From: Candidatus Marinacidobacterium sp.
Lineage (GTDB): Bacteria; Acidobacteriota; Vicinamibacteria; Marinacidobacterales; Marinacidobacteraceae
Direction: 5' to 3'
Assembly (NCBI GenBank): GCA_965204755.1
Contig: OZ242011.1
Location: 64,001-128,000 of the forward strand
Length of the DNA stretch: 64,000 nt
The first letter of the stretch is position 1; every line of letters begins with the position of its first letter. The notes under the pieces are model-generated. The model was given only the letters and a program-made list of their open reading frames with translations. It made no database searches and was not told the origin of the DNA. The position numbers and the translations under genes were made by a program. Positions 41,317-49,754 of the stretch are shown here, one piece after another.

Positions 41317-42870
41317 TCAGGTGGCGGCGACGGCGCCGGCCGGAGGCGGCTCCCGGCGGCCGGGCGTTCCCCGGAGGACGGAATGGAGCAGCAGCGCCGC
41401 GGCCAGGACCTCGAACGGCCACATCGCCGCGGCGTACCTCATGGTGGCGAAGTTGAAGACGGCCACGGTCAGGAAGTAGCCGTGGACGAAGAACCCCGCG
41501 GTAGCCGCCAGGACGAGGGCGGGGTCGGGAGGCTTCCCGGAGAGCCGCCGCCGGCCGGCGAGGCCGAGCGCGGCGAGCGAGGCGGCGAAGGAGAACGCGG
41601 CGGCGGCCCGGTTCGCCGCGATCACCCAGGGCGGGAACCGCCGGTTCTCCGAAATCGGCGCCCCGAGGCGGCTTCCCGGAGCGGGGGAGTCGGCGGCGAA
41701 CGCCCTCCCGCGGTCCTCCAGGGCCCGGGCGAACGAGGCGGTGTGGAGGGCGTGGCGGCTGAACAGCGCGGCGTAGTGCGTCGCGGCGTTCGCCGCCCAC
41801 TCGCCCGGCGCGGCGAAGAGCGCGCGGCGGCCGAGACCGCCGAGGAACTCCGCGGAGGTCGCGCCCCGCTCGGCGGCCAGGGCGGCGACCCGCTCCTCGA
41901 GTCCGAACGCCGGGTCGTGTTGGGCCGCGGTTTCCGCCCGCCGCAACAGGACGGAGCGCAGTTGCGGATCCCCGGCGCCGGCGACCAGCGCCCGCAGGGG
42001 GGCCGCCCGCCGCCGCGCTTCCGAGAACAGTTCGTCCACCGGCGGATCCCCGGAGGGAGGGGGTTCCGACGGGAGGACCAGGGCCTTGGCGAACAGGTGG
42101 GCGCCCGCGCTCCGGGGCCGGTGGTCGAGGCCCGGGTGCGCCCGGCGCCAAGCCTCCCCCTCCAGGACGAAGACCGCGACGATCGGCAGCGTTGCGGCGG
42201 CGGCGAGTCGCAGGCGTCCGCCGGCCGGCGGACGGCCCCCGCCGGGCCCCCGGAGGCCCCCGGCGGCCTTCCGCCCGGAAACGAGCCAGAGGAGCGCCGG
42301 CCATACGAGCAGGAGCGCGGCGCCCGCCGGCCGGACCGAGACGGCCAGCGCGGTGCAGGCGGCGCCGGCGGCGAATCGGGCGGCGGTCGGACGCGCCGCG
42401 GCGAGGGCGGCGCAACCCAGCGCGACGACCAGCAGCGGGACGAAGAGCGCCTCCGACAGGAGGTAGGCGTCGAACCGCGACGCCGCGCTCGGGGCCAGCA
42501 CCGCGATCGCTGCCACCGGCGCGAGGAGGGGAGCGCCCGAAGCCCGGGCGGCGGCCCCGGCGAGGAACAGCGCCGACGCCGCCGTGATCGCCGCCTGGAT
42601 CGGGGGAACGGCTTCCGGAGTCCCGAAGAGCCCGACGACCAGGGCGAGGAAGGCCGGGTATCCGGCCCAGGTGCGCGGATCGGCATCCAAGCGGAGATAG
42701 GAGGCGCTGTCAGGCGTCGCCATACTCGGCCCGAACGGGGCCCAGGCCCCGGCGCCGACCGGGTTCCACCAGGAAAGGGCGGCGTAGCCGAGGGCGAGGA
42801 CGGCGGCGCCGGCGATCCAGGGAAACGCGCGCCGGCGCGCCCCGGCGGCCGGCGGCGGCGGGCGGGACAT
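41317..42870 (-). CDS. Polytopic membrane protein, probable GT-C glycosyltransferase (no two-Cys domain)
   Basis: TPDSASY, GYPAFL, LLSEALF, VRP, MRY; paralog of 52607-54127. Confidence 0.7.
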   Translation of the reverse strand: MSRPPPPAAGARRRAFPWIAGAAVLALGYAALSWWNPVGAGAWAPFGPSMATPDSASYLRLDADPRTWAGYPAFLALVVGLFGTPEAVPPIQAAITAASALFLAGAAARASGAPLLAPVAAIAVLAPSAASRFDAYLLSEALFVPLLVVALGCAALAAARPTAARFAAGAACTALAVSVRPAGAALLLVWPALLWLVSGRKAAGGLRGPGGGRPPAGGRLRLAAAATLPIVAVFVLEGEAWRRAHPGLDHRPRSAGAHLFAKALVLPSEPPPSGDPPVDELFSEARRRAAPLRALVAGAGDPQLRSVLLRRAETAAQHDPAFGLEERVAALAAERGATSAEFLGGLGRRALFAAPGEWAANAATHYAALFSRHALHTASFARALEDRGRAFAADSPAPGSRLGAPISENRRFPPWVIAANRAAAAFSFAASLAALGLAGRRRLSGKPPDPALVLAATAGFFVHGYFLTVAVFNFATMRYAAAMWPFEVLAAALLLHSVLRGTPGRREPPPAGAVAAT

Positions 42871-43160
42871 GACGGCGCGCGAGGTCGGATCCGGATCGGG
42901 TCGGGCGGTCGTCGGGGAAAGGCCGGCCGGAGGTCGGTTCGAGGCGGCCCCCGGCGCCCGCCGCCGTCCGCCCCGGGGGGCGAACCGGCCGGGCGCCGCC
43001 CGGTCCGGTGGGAGTCGGGGATTCGAACCCGCCGGCCGCGGGAAATGGTAGGGCGTGAGACGCCGCCGACAGCCGTCCGTACCGGCGCCCGGACCGCCGC
43101 CCTGGGCGCTCCGCCGGCTCGCCGCCCTCGGCGATACTTCCCCGCCGAGCCTGTCAGCCC

Positions 43161-44183
43161 GTGGAGAAAGCGCCGCCGCGGATCGCCGTGGTGGTTCCCG
43201 CCTACCGGTGCAGCCGGCAGATCGAATCGGTGATCCGGCGGATCGGCCCGGAGGTCGCCGACATCGTGGTGGTGGACGACGCCTGCCCGGACGGGACCGG
43301 GAGTCGAGTCGAGGCCCTGGTCGGCGCCGACCCGGCGTTCGCGCGCGTGGTCGTCCTCCGGCAGGAGGAGAACACCGGGGTCGGCGGCGCCGCGCTCCGG
43401 GGGATGACCCACGCCCGGAGGAACGGGGCCGACATCCTGGTCAAGATCGACGGCGACGGCCAGATGGCCCCGGAACTGGTCCCGCGGTTCGTGGGCCCGA
43501 TCGCCGCCGGCGCGGCGGACTACGCCAAGGGGAACCGCTTCTACGCCTACCGCCTGCTCAAGGGGATGCCGCTGCCCCGGCTCCTCGGGAACGGCGTCCT
43601 CTCCTTCATCACCAAGGCGTCGAGCGGTTACTGGAATGTGTTCGACCCCACGAACGGCTATGTGGCCATCGCCGGCGAGGTCTTCGACGAGTTGCCCGCC
43701 GCCCGGCTGGAGCGCCGCTACTTCTTCGAGACCGACCTCCTCTGCGAGTTGGGCCTCCTGCGCGCCGCGGTGACCGACATCCCCATGCGCGCCTCGTACG
43801 GCGACGAACGGAGCGGGCTCTCGCCGATCCGCCAACTCTTCCCCTTCCTCCGCCGCCACCTGTCGCGTTTCGTCCGCCGGGTGTTCTACGGCTACTTCCT
43901 GCGCGACTTCTCGATCGGCTCGCTCTACCTGCTGACCGGGCTCCCCCTGCTGGGGTTCGGCGTGGTCTTCGGGACCCGGCGCTGGATCGAAGTCCGCGCC
44001 GCGGACCTCACCGCCACCGCCGGCACCGTGATGTTGGCCGCCCTTCCGGTGATCCTCGGCGTCGTCCTCCTCCTGAACTTCCTCTCGGTGGATGTGCTGA
44101 TGACGCCCCGCGAGCCGATCCACCCGAAACTCGGGAGGGCGGGCCCCCGCGAACCCCCGGCGCCGCCCGGTTCCCGCGGTTGA
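43161..44183 (+). CDS. GT2 polyprenol-phosphate glycosyltransferase (DPM synthase/GtrB-like) with two C-terminal TM helices
   Basis: VVVPAY, VVDDACPDGT, NTGVGGA, KIDGDGQM, KGNRF, DPTNGY, YFFETD. Confidence 0.85.
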   Translation: MEKAPPRIAVVVPAYRCSRQIESVIRRIGPEVADIVVVDDACPDGTGSRVEALVGADPAFARVVVLRQEENTGVGGAALRGMTHARRNGADILVKIDGDGQMAPELVPRFVGPIAAGAADYAKGNRFYAYRLLKGMPLPRLLGNGVLSFITKASSGYWNVFDPTNGYVAIAGEVFDELPAARLERRYFFETDLLCELGLLRAAVTDIPMRASYGDERSGLSPIRQLFPFLRRHLSRFVRRVFYGYFLRDFSIGSLYLLTGLPLLGFGVVFGTRRWIEVRAADLTATAGTVMLAALPVILGVVLLLNFLSVDVLMTPREPIHPKLGRAGPREPPAPPGSRG

Positions 44184-46402
44184 AGACGGCGCGGGCCGTC
44201 GGCCCGGCCCGGAACGCCGCCGGGCCTTCGGTCGGCTTCCTCGTCTTCCTCGGGGGCTGTTCCGCGTGGGCGGCGGCGGCCGCGCTCCTCCCCCCGACCC
44301 CCTGGGGCGCCGCGCTCGACCCGACTTCGATCCAGTTCATCGCCGTCGCCCGGAGCCTGTTGGCGGGCGAGGGCTTCACCTCGTTCGACGGGAGTCCTTA
44401 CACCCTGCGGCCGCCGCTCTTCCCGCTGGTCCTCGCCGCCGCGGGACTGCTCGGCGGGGACCCGCTCCACCTCGCCGGCCCCCTGAACGCGGCCTTCTTC
44501 GCGCTCTCCGTCTTCCTCGTCGGCCGTTTCCTCGCCGACCGGCTCGAGTCGCGTTTCCTCCGGCTCTGCTCACCGGCGGCGGCCGCGCTCTCGCTGCCCC
44601 TCGCCCACTACTCCTCGTTCGCCGGGGCCGAAGCGCTCTTCGTTCTCCTCACGATCCTCGCGCTCCTGCTGACCGGGGACTACCTCGCCCGAGGCGGGGG
44701 GCGCCGGCTCGCCGCCGCCGCCGTATTCGGCTCGCTCGCGTGGCTGACTCGATCCATCGGCGCCGCCGTCCCGGCGACCGTCGTCCTCGCGCTCCTCTTC
44801 CTCCCCGGCGCCGCCGGCCCGACCCGGCCGAGGATCCGGGCCGCCGCGTTCGCCGCCTCGGCGGCCGCGGCGCCGATGGGCCTGTGGGTCTGGCGCAACT
44901 TCCTCGTCGCGGGCGTTCCGACCGGCCAGACCCCGTCGTCCGGAGTGCAGTTCCCGCTCGGGCAAGTCCTCCGGGAAATCGCCGCCGGCCTGGCCGGGTG
45001 GACCTGGATCGAGGCCGGAATCCTCCCGGGGTTGGCGCTCGCTTCCTGCGCCCTGGCGGTCCCGGTCTCGGCCTTCCTCCTCCGGGCGGCCCTGCCGATG
45101 ATCCGTCCGGATTCCGGCGCCCGCCGCCGCCTCCCGGAGGAGTCGCCGGATGGCGGGGCGGCCCGCTCCTCCGGCGCCGGGGAGGGAACGGACGCGGCGC
45201 GTACGGTCGCGTTGTTCGGCGGCTTCACCGCCGTGTACCTGACCCTGCTCCCGGCCGCCCTGGCCGCCGGATTCAACCGGACCGGACTCGAGCCCCGGTA
45301 CCTCGTTCCGGCGTACCTCCCGCTGCTGGTCTCGGGCGCGGTGCTGCTGGATCGCCTGTACCGGCGGGAGCGGTGGCGCCGGGGCCGCCGGCGGCGGCTC
45401 CCCCGCCTTCCCTTCCTCCGACGCTTCGCCGGGAGAACCGTCCCGACCGGGCCCGCGCTCGTCTCGATGGCGGCGCTCGGGCTCTGGACCCTCGCGCAAG
45501 TCCCGCCGGGCGCCCGGGCGGTCGCGGGACGGGAGAGCCCCCGCCCGCCGTACAACTGGCCCGACGCCGGTGACTACGCCTCCGAGCGGTGGACGAACTC
45601 CCCGACCGTCCGCCTTCTTCGCGCCGATCCGCTCGGCCCGGCGGCCGGCCCGATCTGGTCGAACCTGCCCGAACTCGTCTATCTGCACGAAACCCGCGGC
45701 CGCGGCCCGATCCTGCGCCTGCCGCCCCATCGGCCCGGCGTGCACGGGTTCGGGCCGCGCGCCGGCCGCGGCGGCCGCCGGCCGCTCCCCCGCGACGCGG
45801 CGCGCCGGTGGCTCCGGAGCGCGCCCGAGGGCGCCGCCGTCGTCTGGTTCCGGGCGCCGCTCCCGAGCCGGAACCTGGATTTCGGCCCCCCGGCCCTGCG
45901 GAGGACTCCCGGAGTCGAGCCGGTGGCCGAACTCGAAGACGGCGCCATCTTCGTCGTGAACCCCGGCTATTCGCCCGCCGCGAACCGCTACGACGCCGCG
46001 CTCGACCGGATCCGCTCCGGCGCGGCCGGCCCGCCGGCGGCGCGCTCCGCCTTCGACCTCTACCTCGAAGAGCGGGCGATCCTCTACCTGCGGGAGCCCT
46101 GTTCCCCGGAAGACGAAGCCGTCCGGGGACTCTTCTTCGTGGAAACCGCGCCGCCGGACGCTTCGACCGGCGGAGGCGGATTCGTGTTCCCGTTCGTGGA
46201 ACATGGCGCGTACCTCCCCCGGGGGGCGGCCTCCGCCACCGGGGGGGGCGAAGGACGGGAAGCCGGTCGCGGCGAGACCTGCGTCCTGGTCGTCCCGCTC
46301 GAAGCCGGAGCGGGGCGCCCGACGCGCGCCGGCGCGCTCGCGCGCGACCACCGCGAAGTCTGGGCGGCGGACCTCCCGCCGCCGGAGACCGGCGCCCGGT
46401 GA
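44180..46402 (+). CDS. GT-C-like membrane protein with one divergent two-Cys domain
   Basis: TTGA-coupled start 44180 inside ORF 43055..46402; ARSLLAGEGF, PPLFP, EALF, EPRYLVPAY, SAFDLYL..YLREPC. Confidence 0.8.
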   Translation: MKTARAVGPARNAAGPSVGFLVFLGGCSAWAAAAALLPPTPWGAALDPTSIQFIAVARSLLAGEGFTSFDGSPYTLRPPLFPLVLAAAGLLGGDPLHLAGPLNAAFFALSVFLVGRFLADRLESRFLRLCSPAAAALSLPLAHYSSFAGAEALFVLLTILALLLTGDYLARGGGRRLAAAAVFGSLAWLTRSIGAAVPATVVLALLFLPGAAGPTRPRIRAAAFAASAAAAPMGLWVWRNFLVAGVPTGQTPSSGVQFPLGQVLREIAAGLAGWTWIEAGILPGLALASCALAVPVSAFLLRAALPMIRPDSGARRRLPEESPDGGAARSSGAGEGTDAARTVALFGGFTAVYLTLLPAALAAGFNRTGLEPRYLVPAYLPLLVSGAVLLDRLYRRERWRRGRRRRLPRLPFLRRFAGRTVPTGPALVSMAALGLWTLAQVPPGARAVAGRESPRPPYNWPDAGDYASERWTNSPTVRLLRADPLGPAAGPIWSNLPELVYLHETRGRGPILRLPPHRPGVHGFGPRAGRGGRRPLPRDAARRWLRSAPEGAAVVWFRAPLPSRNLDFGPPALRRTPGVEPVAELEDGAIFVVNPGYSPAANRYDAALDRIRSGAAGPPAARSAFDLYLEERAILYLREPCSPEDEAVRGLFFVETAPPDASTGGGGFVFPFVEHGAYLPRGAASATGGGEGREAGRGETCVLVVPLEAGAGRPTRAGALARDHREVWAADLPPPETGAR

Positions 46403-47835
46403 CGGCGTCCCGACCCGGCGGGCGGGTGGCGCGGTTCCTGTTCCCGGTCGGGCTCGCCCTCGCCGCCTTCGCGGCGGGAGGCGTCGTCGGCCGGTACCGG
46501 GTCTTTCCCTACCGCCTGATCGCGGACGGCGTGACGACCTTGCGGAACCTGGGCGAGGGGGCCGCGCGTCCGCCCGTGGGCCGGTTCCGCCGGTTCGTCG
46601 AGGTTCCGCCGGGCGAAGCCCCCGCCCGCCGTTTCGCCTTCCCCGGCGCCGGCCCCCTCGCCGGGCCGGTCCTCTGGACCGGGGGGCTCGACAAGTTCCT
46701 CGACCTCTGCCCGGAGTTCGGCTGCGCGGCGGTCGAGTTCACCGCCGACGGCGAAGTCGCGCGCGCCTACCCCTACCGCGCCGCCGAACTCGAGACCGCG
46801 CTCTTCGACGCCGCCTCCGACGAGTTCCCCTTCGAAGTCCCGCCCAACTTCTCGTTCCTCCGGGATGTCTATGTCCAGAGCGTCCGGCGCTACCCGGACG
46901 GCGACCTGCTGGTCGTCTTCCAGCAGCGCCGCGCCTTCCCCTACGCCGCCGGCGCCGCCCGCCTCGACCGCCGGGGCGTTCCCCGCTGGGTTCGCCGCGA
47001 CTACAGCCACCACTGGCCGGGGATGGAACCGGACGGCGGCGCGCTCGTCCCGGCGTTCACCGTCGGCGACCGGTCGATTTCCATCCCGATCGGCGACCGG
47101 GAGGCGGAGATCCCCTGCCCGACCGGTCGGCCGTACCGCTCGGCGATCCACTTCCTCGACGCGCGCGGGCGCCTCGCAAGACGCCTCTCGGTCCTCCGGG
47201 CCCTCCTCGACTCCCCGTTCGCCCCGGTCCTGGCGCAGACCCTGGAGCCGCGCTCCGGCTTCACCCGCGACGGTTGCGACCCGCTCCACCTCAACTTCGT
47301 CTCGCGCCTGGGGGAGAGCGCGGGAGGCGCCCCCGGGATCGCTCCGGGCGACCTCGTGGTCTCCCTGCGCAACCTGAGCGCCTTCGCCATCCTCGACGGC
47401 GCTTCCGGGCGCCTGCGGCGCCTCGTTCGGGGAACCTTCTCCTGGCAGCACTCGGTGCAGCACCTCGAAGGGTCGCGGTTCCTCCTGTTCGACAACTTCG
47501 GGGGGCGCTCGTCCCCGCCTTCGAGCCGGATCCTGGAAGTGGACCTCGCGGACGGGGAGGAGCGCGTCGTCTTTCCGAACGAGCGGACGCCCGCCCGCCT
47601 GCGCTCGCTGTTCACCGACATCGTCGGCCACCTCTCGCTTTCCCCGGACCGCTCCCGGGTCCTCGCTTCGTTCTTCGAGGACGGGGTCGCCGTGGAGATC
47701 CGCCTCGCTGACGGCGAAGCGTCAGCCGTCCTCCGCTCGCTCCACGATGTCTCCGGACGGGACGCCTACCCGGAGGCCCGCGCCTCCCGGTCGGCGGCGT
47801 TCGCGCTCAACGGAGTGGACTACCTCCACCCGTAG
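46399..47835 (+). CDS. Membrane-anchored arylsulfotransferase-family protein (second ASST subtype)
   Basis: GTGA-coupled start 46399; TM anchor, SHH, DPLHLN, SLRN, WQH, LFDN. Confidence 0.75.
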   Translation: MTASRPGGRVARFLFPVGLALAAFAAGGVVGRYRVFPYRLIADGVTTLRNLGEGAARPPVGRFRRFVEVPPGEAPARRFAFPGAGPLAGPVLWTGGLDKFLDLCPEFGCAAVEFTADGEVARAYPYRAAELETALFDAASDEFPFEVPPNFSFLRDVYVQSVRRYPDGDLLVVFQQRRAFPYAAGAARLDRRGVPRWVRRDYSHHWPGMEPDGGALVPAFTVGDRSISIPIGDREAEIPCPTGRPYRSAIHFLDARGRLARRLSVLRALLDSPFAPVLAQTLEPRSGFTRDGCDPLHLNFVSRLGESAGGAPGIAPGDLVVSLRNLSAFAILDGASGRLRRLVRGTFSWQHSVQHLEGSRFLLFDNFGGRSSPPSSRILEVDLADGEERVVFPNERTPARLRSLFTDIVGHLSLSPDRSRVLASFFEDGVAVEIRLADGEASAVLRSLHDVSGRDAYPEARASRSAAFALNGVDYLHP

Positions 47836-47865
47836 CGGCGGCGCGCCGCCGGCCCGGACCGCCGG

Positions 47866-48762
47866 TCAGTCCGCCGCCTCGTCGAAGTAGCGGCCGAGCA
47901 GGAGTTCGCCCGACGGCGAATAGAAGGTGGTCAGGCCGCGGGTCGGACAGGGGGTCAACTCCCCGACCCGCACTTCGGAGTCGGTCGCGTAGAGGTCCAC
48001 CCGTATGAAATCGAACGGTGCGGCCAGCCGTTCGGCGAGGGCGAGCATCAGCGGGAGTCGGCGCGGGCGCTCCGCCGGGAAGGTCCCGGGAGACGGCCTC
48101 GTTACCGGCAGCGGATTCCACTCGGGGTCGTGGACCGACTTCCGGTAGGCGTCGGTGAATCGCCCGAGAGCGGCCACCACGAACCGGACCCTCCCGCCGA
48201 AGCAGAAGAACTTGTACTCCGGCGCCGTCGTCCGCCCGTCCTCGGTGAAGAACTCCTCCACGATGATCTGCCGGCGAACGCCCAGGTAGTTCTGTTCCCG
48301 CCCGGAGCGGTAGAAGTCCCGGCGGAGCCAGCCGAGCAGGGTTTCGGGGGAGGGCGCCTCCGCCGGTTCGCGGCAGTACGCGACCTCGTGGGTCCCGTGG
48401 GTCGGCTTGATGATGCAGGGAAACCGCTCCGGGCGGAACGAAGCCGCTTCTTCCGGCGTCCGCAGGATGCGGTAGGTGGCGAGGTTGTACCGCTCGCCCA
48501 CCGTGGCCGCGATGTAGGTCTTCACCCGTTCCTTGCAGGTGACCGAGCGCCGCAGCGGGTCGAGGAGCCGACCGCTCACGCGGAGCGCGAAGACCCGGTC
48601 GTTGAACCGCCGCGGGCGATATTCCGGGAACCTGCCCCGCTTCGCCAGGAACTCCAGGACGGCGAACCAGCGGTCGCCCGCGGGGGTTCGGGGGAGGACC
48701 CGCTCGACCCGGCGCAGCGCGCACCTCAGGCCCCGCTCCCGAAAGGAAGGGCCGCCGCTCAC
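47866..48762 (-). CDS. TupA-like ATP-grasp amidoligase
   Basis: K..VK.YI, IIKPTHG, IIVEEF, EYKFFCFGG, FDFIRVDLY, GELT. Confidence 0.85.
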   Translation of the reverse strand: MSGGPSFRERGLRCALRRVERVLPRTPAGDRWFAVLEFLAKRGRFPEYRPRRFNDRVFALRVSGRLLDPLRRSVTCKERVKTYIAATVGERYNLATYRILRTPEEAASFRPERFPCIIKPTHGTHEVAYCREPAEAPSPETLLGWLRRDFYRSGREQNYLGVRRQIIVEEFFTEDGRTTAPEYKFFCFGGRVRFVVAALGRFTDAYRKSVHDPEWNPLPVTRPSPGTFPAERPRRLPLMLALAERLAAPFDFIRVDLYATDSEVRVGELTPCPTRGLTTFYSPSGELLLGRYFDEAAD

Positions 48763-48769
48763 TTCCGCT

Positions 48770-49754
48770 TCACGCCCGGCCGAAAGGCGCCCGCCCCCTC
48801 CGCTCCGGCGCCGGGTGTTCGGACCGGTCCGCCGGCTCGTCGAAGTACCGGCCGAGGAGGAACTGGGCGGACGGCGGATGGACCGGCGAGCAGCCCCGGT
48901 TCGGACAGTTCGTCAACTCGCCGACCCGAACCTCGGTGTCCGTGGCGTAGAGGTCCACCCGCAGGAAGTCGAACGGGGCGGCCAGCCGCTCGGCGAGTTC
49001 CAGCAGCAACCGGCGTTGCGCCGGGGGAGCGGGAGAGCGACCGCTGTCCGTCCGCGTCGGGGGGGGGGGGGGGGGGGGGGTAGCGAATGCCCGCCGGCAG
49101 CCGGTTCCAGGACGGGCAGTCGCGAAGCGTTCTGAGGTAGGCATCGGTCCCTCGTCCGGTCTCGACCTGGACGAAGCGGGCTCTCCCGCCGAAGCAATAG
49201 ACCTTGTATTCGGGCGCCGGGACCTTCCCGTCCGCGCTGAAGAACTCCTCGACGATGATCTGCCGGCGCAGGCCGCGGTAGTTCCCTTCCCGCCCGTTTC
49301 GGTAGAAGTCGTCGGCGAGCCAGCCGAGAAGCGTCTCCGGAGGCGGCGCGTCCGCCGGTTCGCGGCAGATGCGGAACCGGCCGGCGGCGTGGGTCGGCTT
49401 GACGACGCAGGGAAACCGCTCCGGGCGAAACGAAGAGGCTTCTTCCGGCGTCCGCAGGATCCGGTAGGTCGCGAGGTTGAATCGCTCGCCCACCGCGGCG
49501 GCGATGTAGGTCTTCACCGACTCCTTGCAGGTGACGAAGCGGCGGAGCGGGTCGTCGAGGCGCCCGCCGGCCCGGAGCGAGAACAGGTGGTCGCTGTACC
49601 GCTTCGGGCGGCGCTCCGGCAGGCGGCCGTGCGCGGCCAGGAACTCCAGGACGGCGAACCAGCGGTCGCCCGCGGGGGTTCGGGGGAGGACCTGCTCGAC
49701 CCGGCGCAGCGCGTACCTCCGGCCCCGCTCCCGAAGGGAGGGTTCGCGGCTCAC
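48770..49754 (-). CDS. TupA-like ATP-grasp amidoligase copy 2, frameshifted at C22
   Basis: GTG 49754. N-terminal part is in the frame of 48759..51116; FDFLRVDLY..GELT is in the frame of 48770..49144. The switch is at 49059-49080. Confidence 0.8.
49059..49080 (-). repeat. Poly-C tract (C22 on coding strand)
   Basis: Counted in sequence. Confidence 0.9.

Noticed and set aside
43005-43035. tRNA T-loop-like GGGTTCGAATCCC on the minus strand
   Set aside because: The T-stem pairs for only 3 bp, there are no D, anticodon or acceptor arms, and no integrase lies nearby to suggest an att site.
6721-49754. Calling the seven frameshifted genes true pseudogenes
   Set aside because: Each has a single lesion exactly at a homopolymer and intact motifs otherwise, so reversible slippage or sequencing error is more likely.
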